Shown here: piece after piece, positions 8,451 to 18,379 of the stretch
How positions within the stretch are numbered: position 1 is the stretch's first letter
How the letters are laid out: every line of letters begins with the position of its first letter
The notes under the pieces: generated by a model
What the model saw: the letters and a program-made list of their open reading frames with translations, nothing else
Told to the model about the DNA's origin: nothing
Databases searched by the model: none
Assembly: GCA_049521795.1 (NCBI GenBank)
Contig: JBEKOM010000001.1
Location: forward strand, 608,001 to 672,000
Reading direction: 5' to 3'
DNA length: 64,000 nt
Origin: Candidatus Bathyarchaeia archaeon
Lineage (GTDB): Archaea; Thermoproteota; Bathyarchaeia; Bathyarchaeales; Bathycorpusculaceae
Program-made: the position numbers and the translations under genes

Positions 8451-9394
8451 AAAAGCTAGGCGTAGCAGTCGTCGGGACTGGTTTCTGGGGGAAGAACCAC
8501 GCCAGAGTCTACAAGGAACTGCAGGAGACGGAGCTTCTGGCCGTCTGCGACATAGACGCTGAGAGGGCAAGAAGCGTGGCCGCCCAGTTTGGGGCAAAAC
8601 CTTACACGAGCTTTCGAAAGATGCTTCAGGACAGAAACATTGAAGCTATCAGTGTGGCAACGTGGTCAACGAGTCTTGCTAAGGTAGCGACCGAAGCGGT
8701 GAAAGCTGGAAAACACGTTCTAGTGGAGAAGCCCATGGCTGCAAGCGTCGGACAGGCTGAGAAACTGCTTGAAGCGGCGAAGAAAAAACAAGTGCATGTG
8801 AGTGTTGGTTTCTTGATGCGTTTTATTCCGGGGCTTCAGCACATCAAGAAGGCGGTTGAGGACAAAACAATCGGTGAACTCGTGTGCGCTACGGCGAAGA
8901 GAGTTTCTCAGTGGCCTGAGCGGATCGGCGACGTGGGCGTGGTCAAGGACACAGCGATCCACGATATCGACGTTATGCTGTACCTCTTCAATAAGGACCC
9001 CATAGCCGTTTACGCGAAAACCGGAAGCATGAGGTACAAGAAGTTTGAGGACTACGCGCAGGTTATGCTCACGTTTGAAGGCGGGAAGACCGCTTTTATA
9101 GAATCCAACTGGCTTACGCCTTACAAGACCAGGGTACTCATAGCTACGGGAAGCGAGGCCATAATGAACCTTGACTACATCACTCAGGAGCTGAAGATCG
9201 AGAATGCAAAGGAAACACTGCAGCCGAGATACCCAATGCAAGAACCGCTGAAGCTTGAACTCCGCCACTTTGCAAACTGCGTTCTGGAAAAAGAGAAACC
9301 TCTGGTCACAGGGTTAGACGGCCTGCGAGCCCTCAGAATAGCTGAAGCAGCTCTGAAATCTTCAGCAACAGGCAGAATAATCAAGCTCAAGTAG
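8447..9394 (+). CDS. Gfo/Idh/MocA oxidoreductase (UDP-GlcNAc(A) 3-dehydrogenase-like)
   Basis: GTGFWG, VEKP and DTAIHDID motifs. ATGA overlap with the upstream gene. Confidence 0.88.
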   Translation: MKKLGVAVVGTGFWGKNHARVYKELQETELLAVCDIDAERARSVAAQFGAKPYTSFRKMLQDRNIEAISVATWSTSLAKVATEAVKAGKHVLVEKPMAASVGQAEKLLEAAKKKQVHVSVGFLMRFIPGLQHIKKAVEDKTIGELVCATAKRVSQWPERIGDVGVVKDTAIHDIDVMLYLFNKDPIAVYAKTGSMRYKKFEDYAQVMLTFEGGKTAFIESNWLTPYKTRVLIATGSEAIMNLDYITQELKIENAKETLQPRYPMQEPLKLELRHFANCVLEKEKPLVTGLDGLRALRIAEAALKSSATGRIIKLK

Positions 9395-9408
9395 AAGCGT
9401 GTCCGACG

Positions 9409-9684
9409 CTAGCTTTTCCCGAGGTTGAAGGGTTTTCCCTCTGAAAGAATCTTATCCGGAACCTTCTCCTTCCATTTCTTCAAGAAGGGCAAGTCTTCCT
9501 TCTCTTTCCGCAATTCGTCGGGCAACATTTCCGGAATCTCATCACGAATCGGATACCACCTCAAACATTTCGTGCACACGATCAGGCCTTCAACGATTTC
9601 CTCTTTCTCCTCAAAAACATGCAGCTCAAGCGGGTAGTACTTATCAATCGGACACGCGAGTATGTCCATCAGCTTCTTTTTTAT
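9409..9684 (-). CDS. Trm112 family methyltransferase activator (start uncertain)
   Basis: LMDILACP...CTKCLRWYPIRDEIPEML signature. Confidence 0.88.
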   Translation of the reverse strand: MKKKLMDILACPIDKYYPLELHVFEEKEEIVEGLIVCTKCLRWYPIRDEIPEMLPDELRKEKEDLPFLKKWKEKVPDKILSEGKPFNLGKS

Positions 9685-10077
9685 AATGTCACTCCCCAAC
9701 TCTATTTTTGCCCTAAACATTAAAGCTTTTTCATGAAAGTGGTGATTGTCTGTTGCGCGCGCAACCTGAGGCGTTTCGCGTCGCGCGCTACAGATGCAGG
9801 AACCGACGGGCTACCGCGAAAATGCGCGGTCGCCAAGCCATATTTCAGGGCACCCCTCTGTCTTTTCAACGCCAAAAAACGACCGGGTACCCGAACGTTA
9901 CCAAGTGCACGAGTCTTCAAAGTTCCTCCACCTCCCATTTTGAGATTAAGACGACCAAGCAAGACGAGCCTGCCAGCTTCCACCTAAGGACTAGGTCAAC
10001 AGTACCCTCTGGAGAAAAACCTAGGAGGAGGGGAGTGAGCGTGTCAGACGGGTCAAAACACGAAGCAGGTAATGTTC

Positions 10078-10953
10078 TCAACCTAGCCATGTACGCGCGC
10101 CACCGGGCTTGGCTTTGATGTCCAAGACTACTTGGTACCAGTTTGGGCCAGTTTCTCTCACGACACGACCGAATGGAATCTCAAATGAGGCGCAAATGTC
10201 CAGAAGTTTCTCAGACACTTTCGCCCTAACCTTGTCAACAGCGTCCTCGTCCTTCGCGGCATGTTCAAAATCATAATAGTGCACCCATCCCCCTTTCTCC
10301 CTGAGCGCCAGCAGAGCATAAGGAAGATACTCAAGGGCTTTCGCGGGCAGAGGCATGAGAACCCTGTCAGCCACATGGCACAGTCTCTCTTCAACAACGT
10401 CTCTTGCATCGCCAAGCATCGGGACAACCCTCCCATATGCTCTGTTCACCCTGATGTTTTCCCGCATCTGCTGAACCGCGTCCAGATTAACGTCTATAGA
10501 ATACACCTTTTCGACCTCAGCATGCTTTGCCATCACTATCGAAAAACATCCCACGCCCGCAAACATGTTCACAACCGTCTCCCCATCCTCAGTCAGCCTT
10601 GCAATACGCATTCTTTCATAGAAGAGCCTCGGCGAAAAATAGCACTTCTCAACGTCAACGCTGAACAGGCATCCTGACTCCGTGTAAACAGTAAGCGTTT
10701 TCTTTTCACCAGCAACATACTCCAGGCTGCGAAGCCTAAACTCTCCGTGAACAGCGCCTGCTTGCGCCAAGACGGTTTTGACGTTTTTGTGAACAGCCAT
10801 GATGGCGTCTGCAATCTTTTCAGAATACTTTCTTGATCTTTCTGTCAAGCGCACGATTGCGATGTCACCGACAACATCGTAAGAATTACAGACGCACGCA
10901 GAATCTTGTGGAGAAGGAATCTCCGTGAGCGTTTTACGCAAACGTTTCCTCAA
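10078..10953 (-). CDS. Trm5/Taw2-family tRNA methyltransferase
   Basis: YDVVGDIA, YFSPRL..ER, NMFAGVG and DRVLMPLP motifs. Confidence 0.9.
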   Translation of the reverse strand: MRKRLRKTLTEIPSPQDSACVCNSYDVVGDIAIVRLTERSRKYSEKIADAIMAVHKNVKTVLAQAGAVHGEFRLRSLEYVAGEKKTLTVYTESGCLFSVDVEKCYFSPRLFYERMRIARLTEDGETVVNMFAGVGCFSIVMAKHAEVEKVYSIDVNLDAVQQMRENIRVNRAYGRVVPMLGDARDVVEERLCHVADRVLMPLPAKALEYLPYALLALREKGGWVHYYDFEHAAKDEDAVDKVRAKVSEKLLDICASFEIPFGRVVRETGPNWYQVVLDIKAKPGGARTWLG

Positions 10954-11037
10954 GGCCCGTCATTCCGCGGATAGGATAACAATGGTCGGAAACGTTTAAA
11001 AGCAAAATGGCTTTCCTCAGTACGAAGAGGGAAACTC

Positions 11038-11202
11038 TTGGAAAAGTCGGCAGGCATAGTCTACGAATGCGTTAGATGCGGAGCAAAGGTTCCATCGGAC
11101 GAGTTGGACATGCGCGGCGGAGAAATAAAATGCATCGTCTGCGGCTACAGGATTCTGAAAAAGGTAAAGCCGCCGGTCGTCAAACGCGTTCCTGCCAAGT
11201 AG
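11038..11202 (+). CDS. rpoP: RNA polymerase subunit Rpo12 (RpoP)
   Basis: Manual translation MEKSAGIVYECVRCG...IKCIVCGYRILKKVKP... (54 aa, below the ORF-track cutoff). Confidence 0.9.
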   Translation: MEKSAGIVYECVRCGAKVPSDELDMRGGEIKCIVCGYRILKKVKPPVVKRVPAK

Positions 11203-11272
11203 AAACAAAAAAGAGAAGATAAACCAGCTGAGGCTGGCTCAGCCTTGAACGCTAAAGGCGTCACTTGTCCCA

Positions 11273-11560
11273 CTAGAAGATCTCTTTTTCTCCAATCTTG
11301 CGGAGAGCTCTGCCGCGGAGTTTTATCGCCGGTCCAATGACCTCGTCCGGAGGCTTTTCAACAGTCTTCCTCTTTATGGTCTCTCCGCAGATTCCTTTTG
11401 GCAGCAGTCGTCTTTTCACGCAGATAGCATAGGTGCAGTCTGCAACGTTGCACGCGTCTTCAGTCCATCTGCACCAAACACCGTCCTGACGCTGCAGGGT
11501 CGCGTTTTTTGCACACTTGAAGGCTTCACATTTTTGAGAACAAGTTTTGACCTGTGCCAA
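11273..11560 (-). CDS. Small Cys-rich hypothetical protein
   Basis: Eight Cys in CxxxCxxxxC...C-x6-CxxxxCxxxxC...C spacing, then a basic C-terminus. Confidence 0.7.
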   Translation of the reverse strand: MAQVKTCSQKCEAFKCAKNATLQRQDGVWCRWTEDACNVADCTYAICVKRRLLPKGICGETIKRKTVEKPPDEVIGPAIKLRGRALRKIGEKEIF

Positions 11561-11662
11561 CACATGCACAACCTTTGATCAGTTCTTTAATAAAACTTCA
11601 TCGTTACGAGTCTCGCTTCTCTCAACAATACTTCTACAGAGTTTTCATATAAACTTTTTTCC

Positions 11663-13741
11663 CTAAGACTCCTTATTTGAACTCTCAGTCTCACTCTTCT
11701 CCGTCTTCAAACGTCTAAACCTGTACACTTCCAATGCCAGAATAAACACGATTGCCAACACAATCACGAGTACCGTGGCGAACTCGCTTGTTTCAACTAG
11801 CAATCCTCCTAGGACTATGTACTTGTCTATTCTGACTTGAATCGTCGTTGAATTCTGGACGGTTAATCCTTGGGTCACGATCGGCTGGGCTGAATCACCT
11901 ATGTACAAAGCAACTTCCAAGGTTCCTCCAATCACGTTGTTGAACGTCGCAGTTCCGTCCCCTTGCGTCGACGGTGCAGACATCGTAGGCTCCCCTTCCC
12001 TCAGCAGTTTCACGTTCACGTTTCCAATGCCCTGACCAAAGTAATCAACCACCTTCACGGAGAGTGTTAAGCCGTAGAAGTCGCATTGCACCAACGTGCT
12101 CTGGTTCTGGAACACATCTACAGTTGTTTCGTTCAGTGTTATCCCGCTCTTGTCGACCACCATTACATAATACCTGCCCAAAGGAAGGTTAAACGTAGCA
12201 CTCCCATTTGCGTCAGTATACTGTGTGTCAAAAAGAGGTTCACCAGACAATTCTTGAACCCTTACTAGCGTGTTATTGAACGGTTGTCCGCCTGACTTCG
12301 TGGCGTTGACCTGCAACGTCAAAGTGGGAAGGCTGACCGTCACGTTATACCACGCCACAGCCGTTTTGTTCACTAGAAGCTGCGATATCGACGTCTCGTT
12401 AAACAGTGTACCGTAGCGGGTTACGTTCAGATCATACTGCAAATCGGGCAGAAGAGAGCGAATTATGGCAGTGCCGTTGATGAGTGTAGTCACTGAATAG
12501 CCACCCGGGTTCAAGGATACTCCAGCATCAGGAATACCTATCTCAGTTCCATTCACGACGTATACGACTTGAACATTTAAGTCGGTGAGGTTGCAGACGA
12601 GGTTCAACGAAGCAGTGTCATTGACCTCTATCTTCAGTTCCCCAACGTTCTCGTTCTGCGCGTACGCCTCGCAAGTGTAGTTTCCAACCTCTAGGTTCAG
12701 AGTTGCCAAGCCTGTTGCGGAAGTTGTTTCATTGTCCGCAACGTTCCCGTTCTCAAGCGCGTTGATGTTCACGTTTGGAACAGGTTCTTCTGCAAGATTC
12801 CTCGCAGTGACGTTGACTGCGAAGCCGGGCACTGTGAAGTTTTGGGTGTCGGGCGGGTTCTTGACAGTGTGTCCAGATAACGAAAAGACATTGACAGTGT
12901 AGTTGCCTATCGATGCGTTTGCGGGCACAAGCCAGTCATAGTTAATCAAGCCTGAAGGATCCGTCAGGTTCACAGAGTTGTAAATGTTGTTTCCTGCTAT
13001 CGTGACGTTGACATTTTCGTTCGGCTCATAGGCAGCCTTGATGTTCACTGTCTGGGTCCTGTGATACTGAGTAGAGTTTGTCAAACCCACTGAGAAAGTC
13101 TGATTACCCATCGTGGTGTTAAACGATACCGCATAGTTACCCACGAAGCTCGTGTTGGCGCCCGCCGAAAAATCGCTTGGATAGTTTGCAATTGCAGTCC
13201 CGTTTCCCAGAGTCGACGTTCCAACGTTAAGCATGTTCACGTACGACACATTGGTCGGAGCTTGAACAGTGACGTTTGCGACATAGGTCTTGCCTGATTC
13301 GCCGCCAGTTATGTTGATAGAAATCGGTATCGAGTCATTTTCCTGTAACGGTTTTGCCATTGCAGGTATGACAAGCGAGTATGACGTTGTAACTGTGAAA
13401 GTTGCAGTGGCGTTGTCATGAGTTGCAACGTCAATGACTGTAACATTGTGGTCGCCTGCAGTGGTTTGAGGGACAATAAATGTTGCGCTTACGCTGCTTG
13501 CGTTGGCAGTGCCGCTCGCTCTGAGGTCTTGGTCAAAATACACATCATAATTGCCGTTCGCCGTGGTCACGTTTGCAGTTACAGCTACTAGTGTTCCAAC
13601 GTTTCCAGTATTAGGGTTCACTCCTAATATCGACATTCCGGCAACCGCTTTGGGCAAGAGTGAAAGGGTGATCAAACCCGATGTCAAGATGAGAATTAAG
13701 CATGTCAATAGTTGAATAGTTTTGAGGCGAGTTTTCAACAA
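11663..13741 (-). CDS. Membrane-anchored cell-surface glycoprotein with tandem beta-sandwich (carboxypeptidase-regulatory-like) domains
   Basis: Signal peptide, many N-x-S/T sequons, repeated T...G.A.F.L..G.Y units, C-terminal TM and basic tail. Confidence 0.82.
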   Translation of the reverse strand: MLKTRLKTIQLLTCLILILTSGLITLSLLPKAVAGMSILGVNPNTGNVGTLVAVTANVTTANGNYDVYFDQDLRASGTANASSVSATFIVPQTTAGDHNVTVIDVATHDNATATFTVTTSYSLVIPAMAKPLQENDSIPISINITGGESGKTYVANVTVQAPTNVSYVNMLNVGTSTLGNGTAIANYPSDFSAGANTSFVGNYAVSFNTTMGNQTFSVGLTNSTQYHRTQTVNIKAAYEPNENVNVTIAGNNIYNSVNLTDPSGLINYDWLVPANASIGNYTVNVFSLSGHTVKNPPDTQNFTVPGFAVNVTARNLAEEPVPNVNINALENGNVADNETTSATGLATLNLEVGNYTCEAYAQNENVGELKIEVNDTASLNLVCNLTDLNVQVVYVVNGTEIGIPDAGVSLNPGGYSVTTLINGTAIIRSLLPDLQYDLNVTRYGTLFNETSISQLLVNKTAVAWYNVTVSLPTLTLQVNATKSGGQPFNNTLVRVQELSGEPLFDTQYTDANGSATFNLPLGRYYVMVVDKSGITLNETTVDVFQNQSTLVQCDFYGLTLSVKVVDYFGQGIGNVNVKLLREGEPTMSAPSTQGDGTATFNNVIGGTLEVALYIGDSAQPIVTQGLTVQNSTTIQVRIDKYIVLGGLLVETSEFATVLVIVLAIVFILALEVYRFRRLKTEKSETESSNKES

Positions 13742-13949
13742 CAGTTTTCCCTCGCAGTTTATATGAAAGGTGTTAACAACTCTAACGCTGAGACCATTTT
13801 AAACTTTACCTTTGTTTTCTCATGCTACAACGATCTGCCCGCGGCATGAACATTTCGAGCGCAAACAATATGAGCTGTTGTGATGGGAGTTGCCGAAAGA
13901 TGAATTAAGGTCGCTTAGCGATATTACTGCCTAATCTGGGTTGCTAGGT

Positions 13950-15131
13950 ATGATCGATGAGATTCTAGAACTCGTTCAGAGCCATGAAGAGTGGCGTGGA
14001 AAGCAATGTTTGAACTTAATACCCTCCGAGAACGTCATGAGTCCGGCTGTTAGAGCCCTGCTCTCATCCGAGCTTGCACATCGCTACACGGCAAGAGACC
14101 GTTTCTACATGGGCACACGTTTCACGGACCAAATCGAGCAGTACGGTGAGAAGGTTGCGAGGGAACTCTTCAAAGCTGAAACTGCGGATTTACGCCCTCT
14201 CTCAGGCCACATTGCCGACCTGATCGTTCTAGCTAACCTGACGAAACAGAATGAAACATTGATGTGTGTTTCTCCGGATGACGGCGGGTACCCTGGAATG
14301 TGGAAAGACGGCCTAGCAGGCCTCCTTAGGCTCAACGCGACACCTTTCCCGTTTTCGAAGAAAGACATGAACATAAAAGTTCAGGCGGCCCAAGAAATCA
14401 TGCCTAAGGCAAAGCCAAGAGCCGTTATCTTCGGTGCAAGTCTGATCACCTTTCCCCATCCCGTCAAAGATCTGGCCGAAGTTGCACGCGAAAATGGTGC
14501 AATCGTTGGGTTTGACGGTTCGCACGTTCTGGGACTGATCGCCGGCGGCCAGTTTCAGGACCCCTTGAGAGAAGGCGCACAGGTTCTTTTCGGGTCGACT
14601 CACAAGAGCTTTTTTGGTCCTCAAGGAGGCATAATCCTGGCAAACAAGGAAACTGGAGAGTTCCTGAAAGAAAAAATATACCCGGCCTTCGTTGACAACG
14701 CTCACTGGAATCGAATCGCCGCACTGACCCTGGCTCTGGCTGAGATGAGAAACTTCGGCAAAGACTACGCTTTACAACTCGTTCGGAACTCAAAGAGTCT
14801 GGCCAAGAGTCTGCATGACCTCGGCTTTCCAGTTATTTGCAGCCATCTTGGCTTCACTAAATCGCACCAGGTAATCTTGGACTATGGAAACGTTAAAGAA
14901 GCAAGAAGCGTCGCTGAAAAACTCCAGCGTGCAAACATAATCGTTGACTGCGTCATCAGAGTCGGCACTTGCGAGGTTACAAGGCGTGGAATGAAGGAGG
15001 CTGACATGCTGAGAGTAGCTGAATTACTGAGAAGGGTAGTCATAGACGAGGAAAGGCCAGAAGCGGTCAAGAAAGACGTGGCTAAACTGTGCAGTGAATT
15101 CCAGACAGTCGAATACTGTTTTGCTCAGTAA
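13950..15131 (+). CDS. glyA: Serine hydroxymethyltransferase
   Basis: LIPSEN, DGSHVLGLIAGG and STHKSFFGPQGG (PLP lysine). Confidence 0.95.
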   Translation: MIDEILELVQSHEEWRGKQCLNLIPSENVMSPAVRALLSSELAHRYTARDRFYMGTRFTDQIEQYGEKVARELFKAETADLRPLSGHIADLIVLANLTKQNETLMCVSPDDGGYPGMWKDGLAGLLRLNATPFPFSKKDMNIKVQAAQEIMPKAKPRAVIFGASLITFPHPVKDLAEVARENGAIVGFDGSHVLGLIAGGQFQDPLREGAQVLFGSTHKSFFGPQGGIILANKETGEFLKEKIYPAFVDNAHWNRIAALTLALAEMRNFGKDYALQLVRNSKSLAKSLHDLGFPVICSHLGFTKSHQVILDYGNVKEARSVAEKLQRANIIVDCVIRVGTCEVTRRGMKEADMLRVAELLRRVVIDEERPEAVKKDVAKLCSEFQTVEYCFAQ

Positions 15132-15194
15132 AACTCTTTATCTTGCGCGTTGCTGGATTTCCAAAGGTTCACACGGTGTTTAAGAGTGACAGCA

Positions 15195-16157
15195 ATGGAG
15201 ACACTGGCGCCTTCTTCGCTCATTGATGCTCTGAAGAGGCAGAAGTATCACTTTGTTGGCAAGCATTCGGCAGTGAAAAGGTGTAGATGGTTCCATGAAA
15301 CCCTGGTCCACGATAGAGTGTGCTACAAGCAAAAGTTCTACGGTATCAAGACGCATCAGTGCATACAAATGACGCCCGCAGCGTTCTATTGCACTCAACA
15401 GTGTCTTTTCTGCTGGCGAGCTCAAAGCGGAGAACTTCGAGCCTCATGGGAAGAAACAAAAATGCCAACGTGGGATTCTCCGGAAGAGATCGTGCAGGAA
15501 AGCCTCAAAGCCCAACATGCGATCTTGAGTGGATACAGAGGGAACCCTGGAACAAACTGGCAGAAATACGCGGAAGCATTGAGGCCCAAACACGTAGCCA
15601 TAAGCCTGACTGGCGAGCCGACTCTCTACAAACCTCTTGGAGAGTTGATCCAAGTCTTCCACAGGAAGGGGTTCACCACATTCCTGGTTTCAAACGGGAC
15701 TCTTCCTTCCGCTTTGGCAGAACTGACCGAAGAGCCCACTCAGCTTTACATTTCCGTCTGTGCTCCAGACGAAGAAACATACAAGCGTGCATGCCGTCCC
15801 CAGATCTCGCGAGGCTGGGAAAAACTAAACGAAACCCTTTCGCTGTTGCCCAGCTTCAAATGTCCAACAGTAATGCGAATAACGTCAGTCCGCGGCCTAA
15901 ACATGAAAAACCCAAAGGGATACGCTGCACTTATCGAGAAGGCAGACCCGACCTACGTTGAAGCTAAAGCCTACATGCACGTAGGCTTCTCCAGACTTAG
16001 ATTAGATCATGAAGCCATGCCGAGCCACCGCGAGATGCAACAGTTTTCGGCGCAGTTGGCGAGCGAAACAGGCTACAACTTCATCGATGAATCGCCAGAA
16101 AGCCGCGTCGTACTGCTGAGCAGGCTTCAAAACCCGATAAAATTCTGCAACGATTAG
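15195..16157 (+). CDS. taw1: 4-demethylwyosine synthase Taw1/TYW1 (radical SAM)
   Basis: HSAVKRCRW, CYKQKFYGI, CxxxCxxC, SLTGEP and YVEAKAYM motifs. Confidence 0.95.
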   Translation: METLAPSSLIDALKRQKYHFVGKHSAVKRCRWFHETLVHDRVCYKQKFYGIKTHQCIQMTPAAFYCTQQCLFCWRAQSGELRASWEETKMPTWDSPEEIVQESLKAQHAILSGYRGNPGTNWQKYAEALRPKHVAISLTGEPTLYKPLGELIQVFHRKGFTTFLVSNGTLPSALAELTEEPTQLYISVCAPDEETYKRACRPQISRGWEKLNETLSLLPSFKCPTVMRITSVRGLNMKNPKGYAALIEKADPTYVEAKAYMHVGFSRLRLDHEAMPSHREMQQFSAQLASETGYNFIDESPESRVVLLSRLQNPIKFCND

Positions 16158-16298
16158 ACCGCGTTGCAAGCAATTCATGTTCAAATAGCCTTGAAGTAGT
16201 TGAATGTGTTTCTTTGAATTAAGTGAGAACAAATCTTAAATATTCCCTCGTTCATTAGCCTTGACCTTGAACTGAAAATTGAATCGAGGTGTTAACAA

Positions 16299-16490
16299 AT
16301 GGTTTGTGATGGAAGAGGCCGCTTGTTCCGAAGAAAGGACGGAAAGTACTTGATCTACCTGCCCAAGGACTTTGCAGAAGACAGCATGTTTCCGTTCAAA
16401 GGCTCTGACTCCGTGTTTGTGAAAGTAGCCTTCAAGCTCGGGGACAACAAGCTGCTGATAGAGAAATGGAAAGAACCCGCGGTCGAATAG
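16299..16490 (+). CDS. Small AbrB/MazE-like DNA-binding protein
   Basis: GKYLIYLPKDF...V.V....NKLLIEK swapped-hairpin pattern, preceded by GAGGTG SD. Confidence 0.6.
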   Translation: MVCDGRGRLFRRKDGKYLIYLPKDFAEDSMFPFKGSDSVFVKVAFKLGDNKLLIEKWKEPAVE

Positions 16491-17009
16491 AGAAAGACTC
16501 TTCGAGAACAATGACTCCTAATCCCCATTCTAAGATGGTGACATTTCATTTTGAACAATTGAAGATAGCGCGTTTTCCCATTCTAGAATTCGAGCGCGGT
16601 GTGGGTTGTACTTCTTGAGTTGCTTCGTTTGCAGCTGATATTGTGTCTCGGGAAACGAGAAGCATCGTTTGGAGGGCGTGACTCAACCTTTACAATACTT
16701 CAGGAAAGAAATTTGAGGACATAGATGCGCTCCGGTCAATGATTCTCGGGTTTCCGGTGCTTTTGCGCTTACGCCCTCCCCCTCCCGTTCACAATATGAT
16801 CCAAATATGATTCAGCAAAAACCTTGATGCGTATCTGTGCGACCTGACTCTCAACTTGACAGAGGAAACTCGGGAATACAATTGCGCAAATCCGCCAAGT
16901 ATCATTGAATAAAATATCACAGCCGAGCGTTTATCTTCAATTGTCCCCCTCGACACCAAACATTATATTCTGATTTTCGCATTGTTAACTGTGAACAGGT
17001 GCTGTTCCT

Positions 17010-17654
17010 ATGCCAACCCTAAAAGCTGTCTTGAACGCCGTAAGAAAGGAACTCATCCTCAGAGACGAAATGCGCGAGAAGTCCCATGGAGACATGAGGA
17101 AAGCGACAAGCCTTTCGAAGCAGGCGATACTTTTGATTCATCAGAAACGGTTGGAGGAGGCCGAGAAGCTTGTCGCGAGAGCAAGTGAGACTCTTTCAAG
17201 GCTTTGGGACACTTCAGCTGCTCATCCAGACATCATTTACACTGGCATGTTTAGCGCTGCGCTTCAAGAGTATTCTGAGGCAAACATTTTCTTGAAGCTT
17301 GTCGAGGAATCTAAATTCTTAACCCCTAAAGAAATCCAAGTGCCCCCAGCAGACTATGTCCTGGGGTTAGCAGACGTCATAGGCGAGTGCAGGCGCCTAG
17401 CGCTCGACGCCCTGCGTGAAGGGAACACTGAAAGAGCTGAAAAATGTTTGCAGAAAATGGACGAAATCTACATTGAACTTATGCGTATGGACGAGTCTTA
17501 CATGCTGGTTCCTGGTTTGAGAAGAAAATGTGATGTCGCGAGAAAGATCATTGAGATCACGCGGGGGGACGTAACCCAGGAAATTCGAAGAAGCATGCTT
17601 GAAGAACACTTGAAACAAGTCGAAAAAAGCCTGAGAAAACGAATACGCACTTGA
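17010..17654 (+). CDS. Translin/Trax (C3PO) family protein
   Basis: DEMRE, ALQEYSEA, YVLGLADVIGECRR and GLRRKCD motifs. Confidence 0.92.
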   Translation: MPTLKAVLNAVRKELILRDEMREKSHGDMRKATSLSKQAILLIHQKRLEEAEKLVARASETLSRLWDTSAAHPDIIYTGMFSAALQEYSEANIFLKLVEESKFLTPKEIQVPPADYVLGLADVIGECRRLALDALREGNTERAEKCLQKMDEIYIELMRMDESYMLVPGLRRKCDVARKIIEITRGDVTQEIRRSMLEEHLKQVEKSLRKRIRT

Positions 17655-17661
17655 GACAATT

Positions 17662-18372
17662 ATGAAAGATAGAATGACACGCACCAGACTGAAACCCGTG
17701 TTCTCAGCGAAGAAGGCTCATGAAGCTCAGAGGCGCCTATCTGAACACATAATTTCTGAGGACAAGGTTCCACAGAGAATCCAGTTGATAGGAGGCGTTG
17801 ACGTTGCTTATGTTGAAGGCGCCTCAATCGCTGCTGTGGCAGTTTTGGATTTTGGTTCCTTGAAGCTGAAAGAGTCACAAACAGCTGTCTGCCGGACACG
17901 TTTTCCTTACGTTCCAACATTGCTTGCCTTCAGAGAAATCCCTCCAGCTATCCTGTGTATTCAAAAGCTGCGTGTTCAGCCTGACGTCTTGCTTGTCGAC
18001 GGACATGGTTTTGCTCATCCAAATCGCTGTGGATTTGCGAGCCATCTCGGACTCGTGATGAGAAAGCCTACGATAGGAGTTGCAAAAGAGATTTTGGTCG
18101 GGGAGGTTGAGCGAACGAAGGTTGAAGGAGACGTTGCCTTCATAAGTGACAAGGGAGAAGTGATCGGTGCTCAGATCGTCTCAAAGCGTGGACTCAAACC
18201 CATCTATGTCAGCGTTGGGCACATGATTTCGCTGGGGACAGCCATAGAGATCGTTAAGCGATGCACACTCCACAACCGTCTTCCGGAACCAGTCTCACAT
18301 GCTCACAGAATAGCCACAGCTGAAAAAAGAAAAGTCAATATCTCCACTACAACAGTAACAAGTAGCGAGTGA
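17662..18372 (+). CDS. nfi: Endonuclease V
   Basis: GVDVAY, PYVP..LAFRE, VDGHG..HP, GVAK, YVSVGH and RLPEP motifs. Confidence 0.95.
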   Translation: MKDRMTRTRLKPVFSAKKAHEAQRRLSEHIISEDKVPQRIQLIGGVDVAYVEGASIAAVAVLDFGSLKLKESQTAVCRTRFPYVPTLLAFREIPPAILCIQKLRVQPDVLLVDGHGFAHPNRCGFASHLGLVMRKPTIGVAKEILVGEVERTKVEGDVAFISDKGEVIGAQIVSKRGLKPIYVSVGHMISLGTAIEIVKRCTLHNRLPEPVSHAHRIATAEKRKVNISTTTVTSSE

Positions 18373-18379
18373 ATGAAAA

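Noticed and set aside
9745-10075. RNase P RNA or SRP RNA
   Set aside because: Only a partial GAGGAA match; the conserved RNase P terminal motif and SRP helix-8 motif could not be found.
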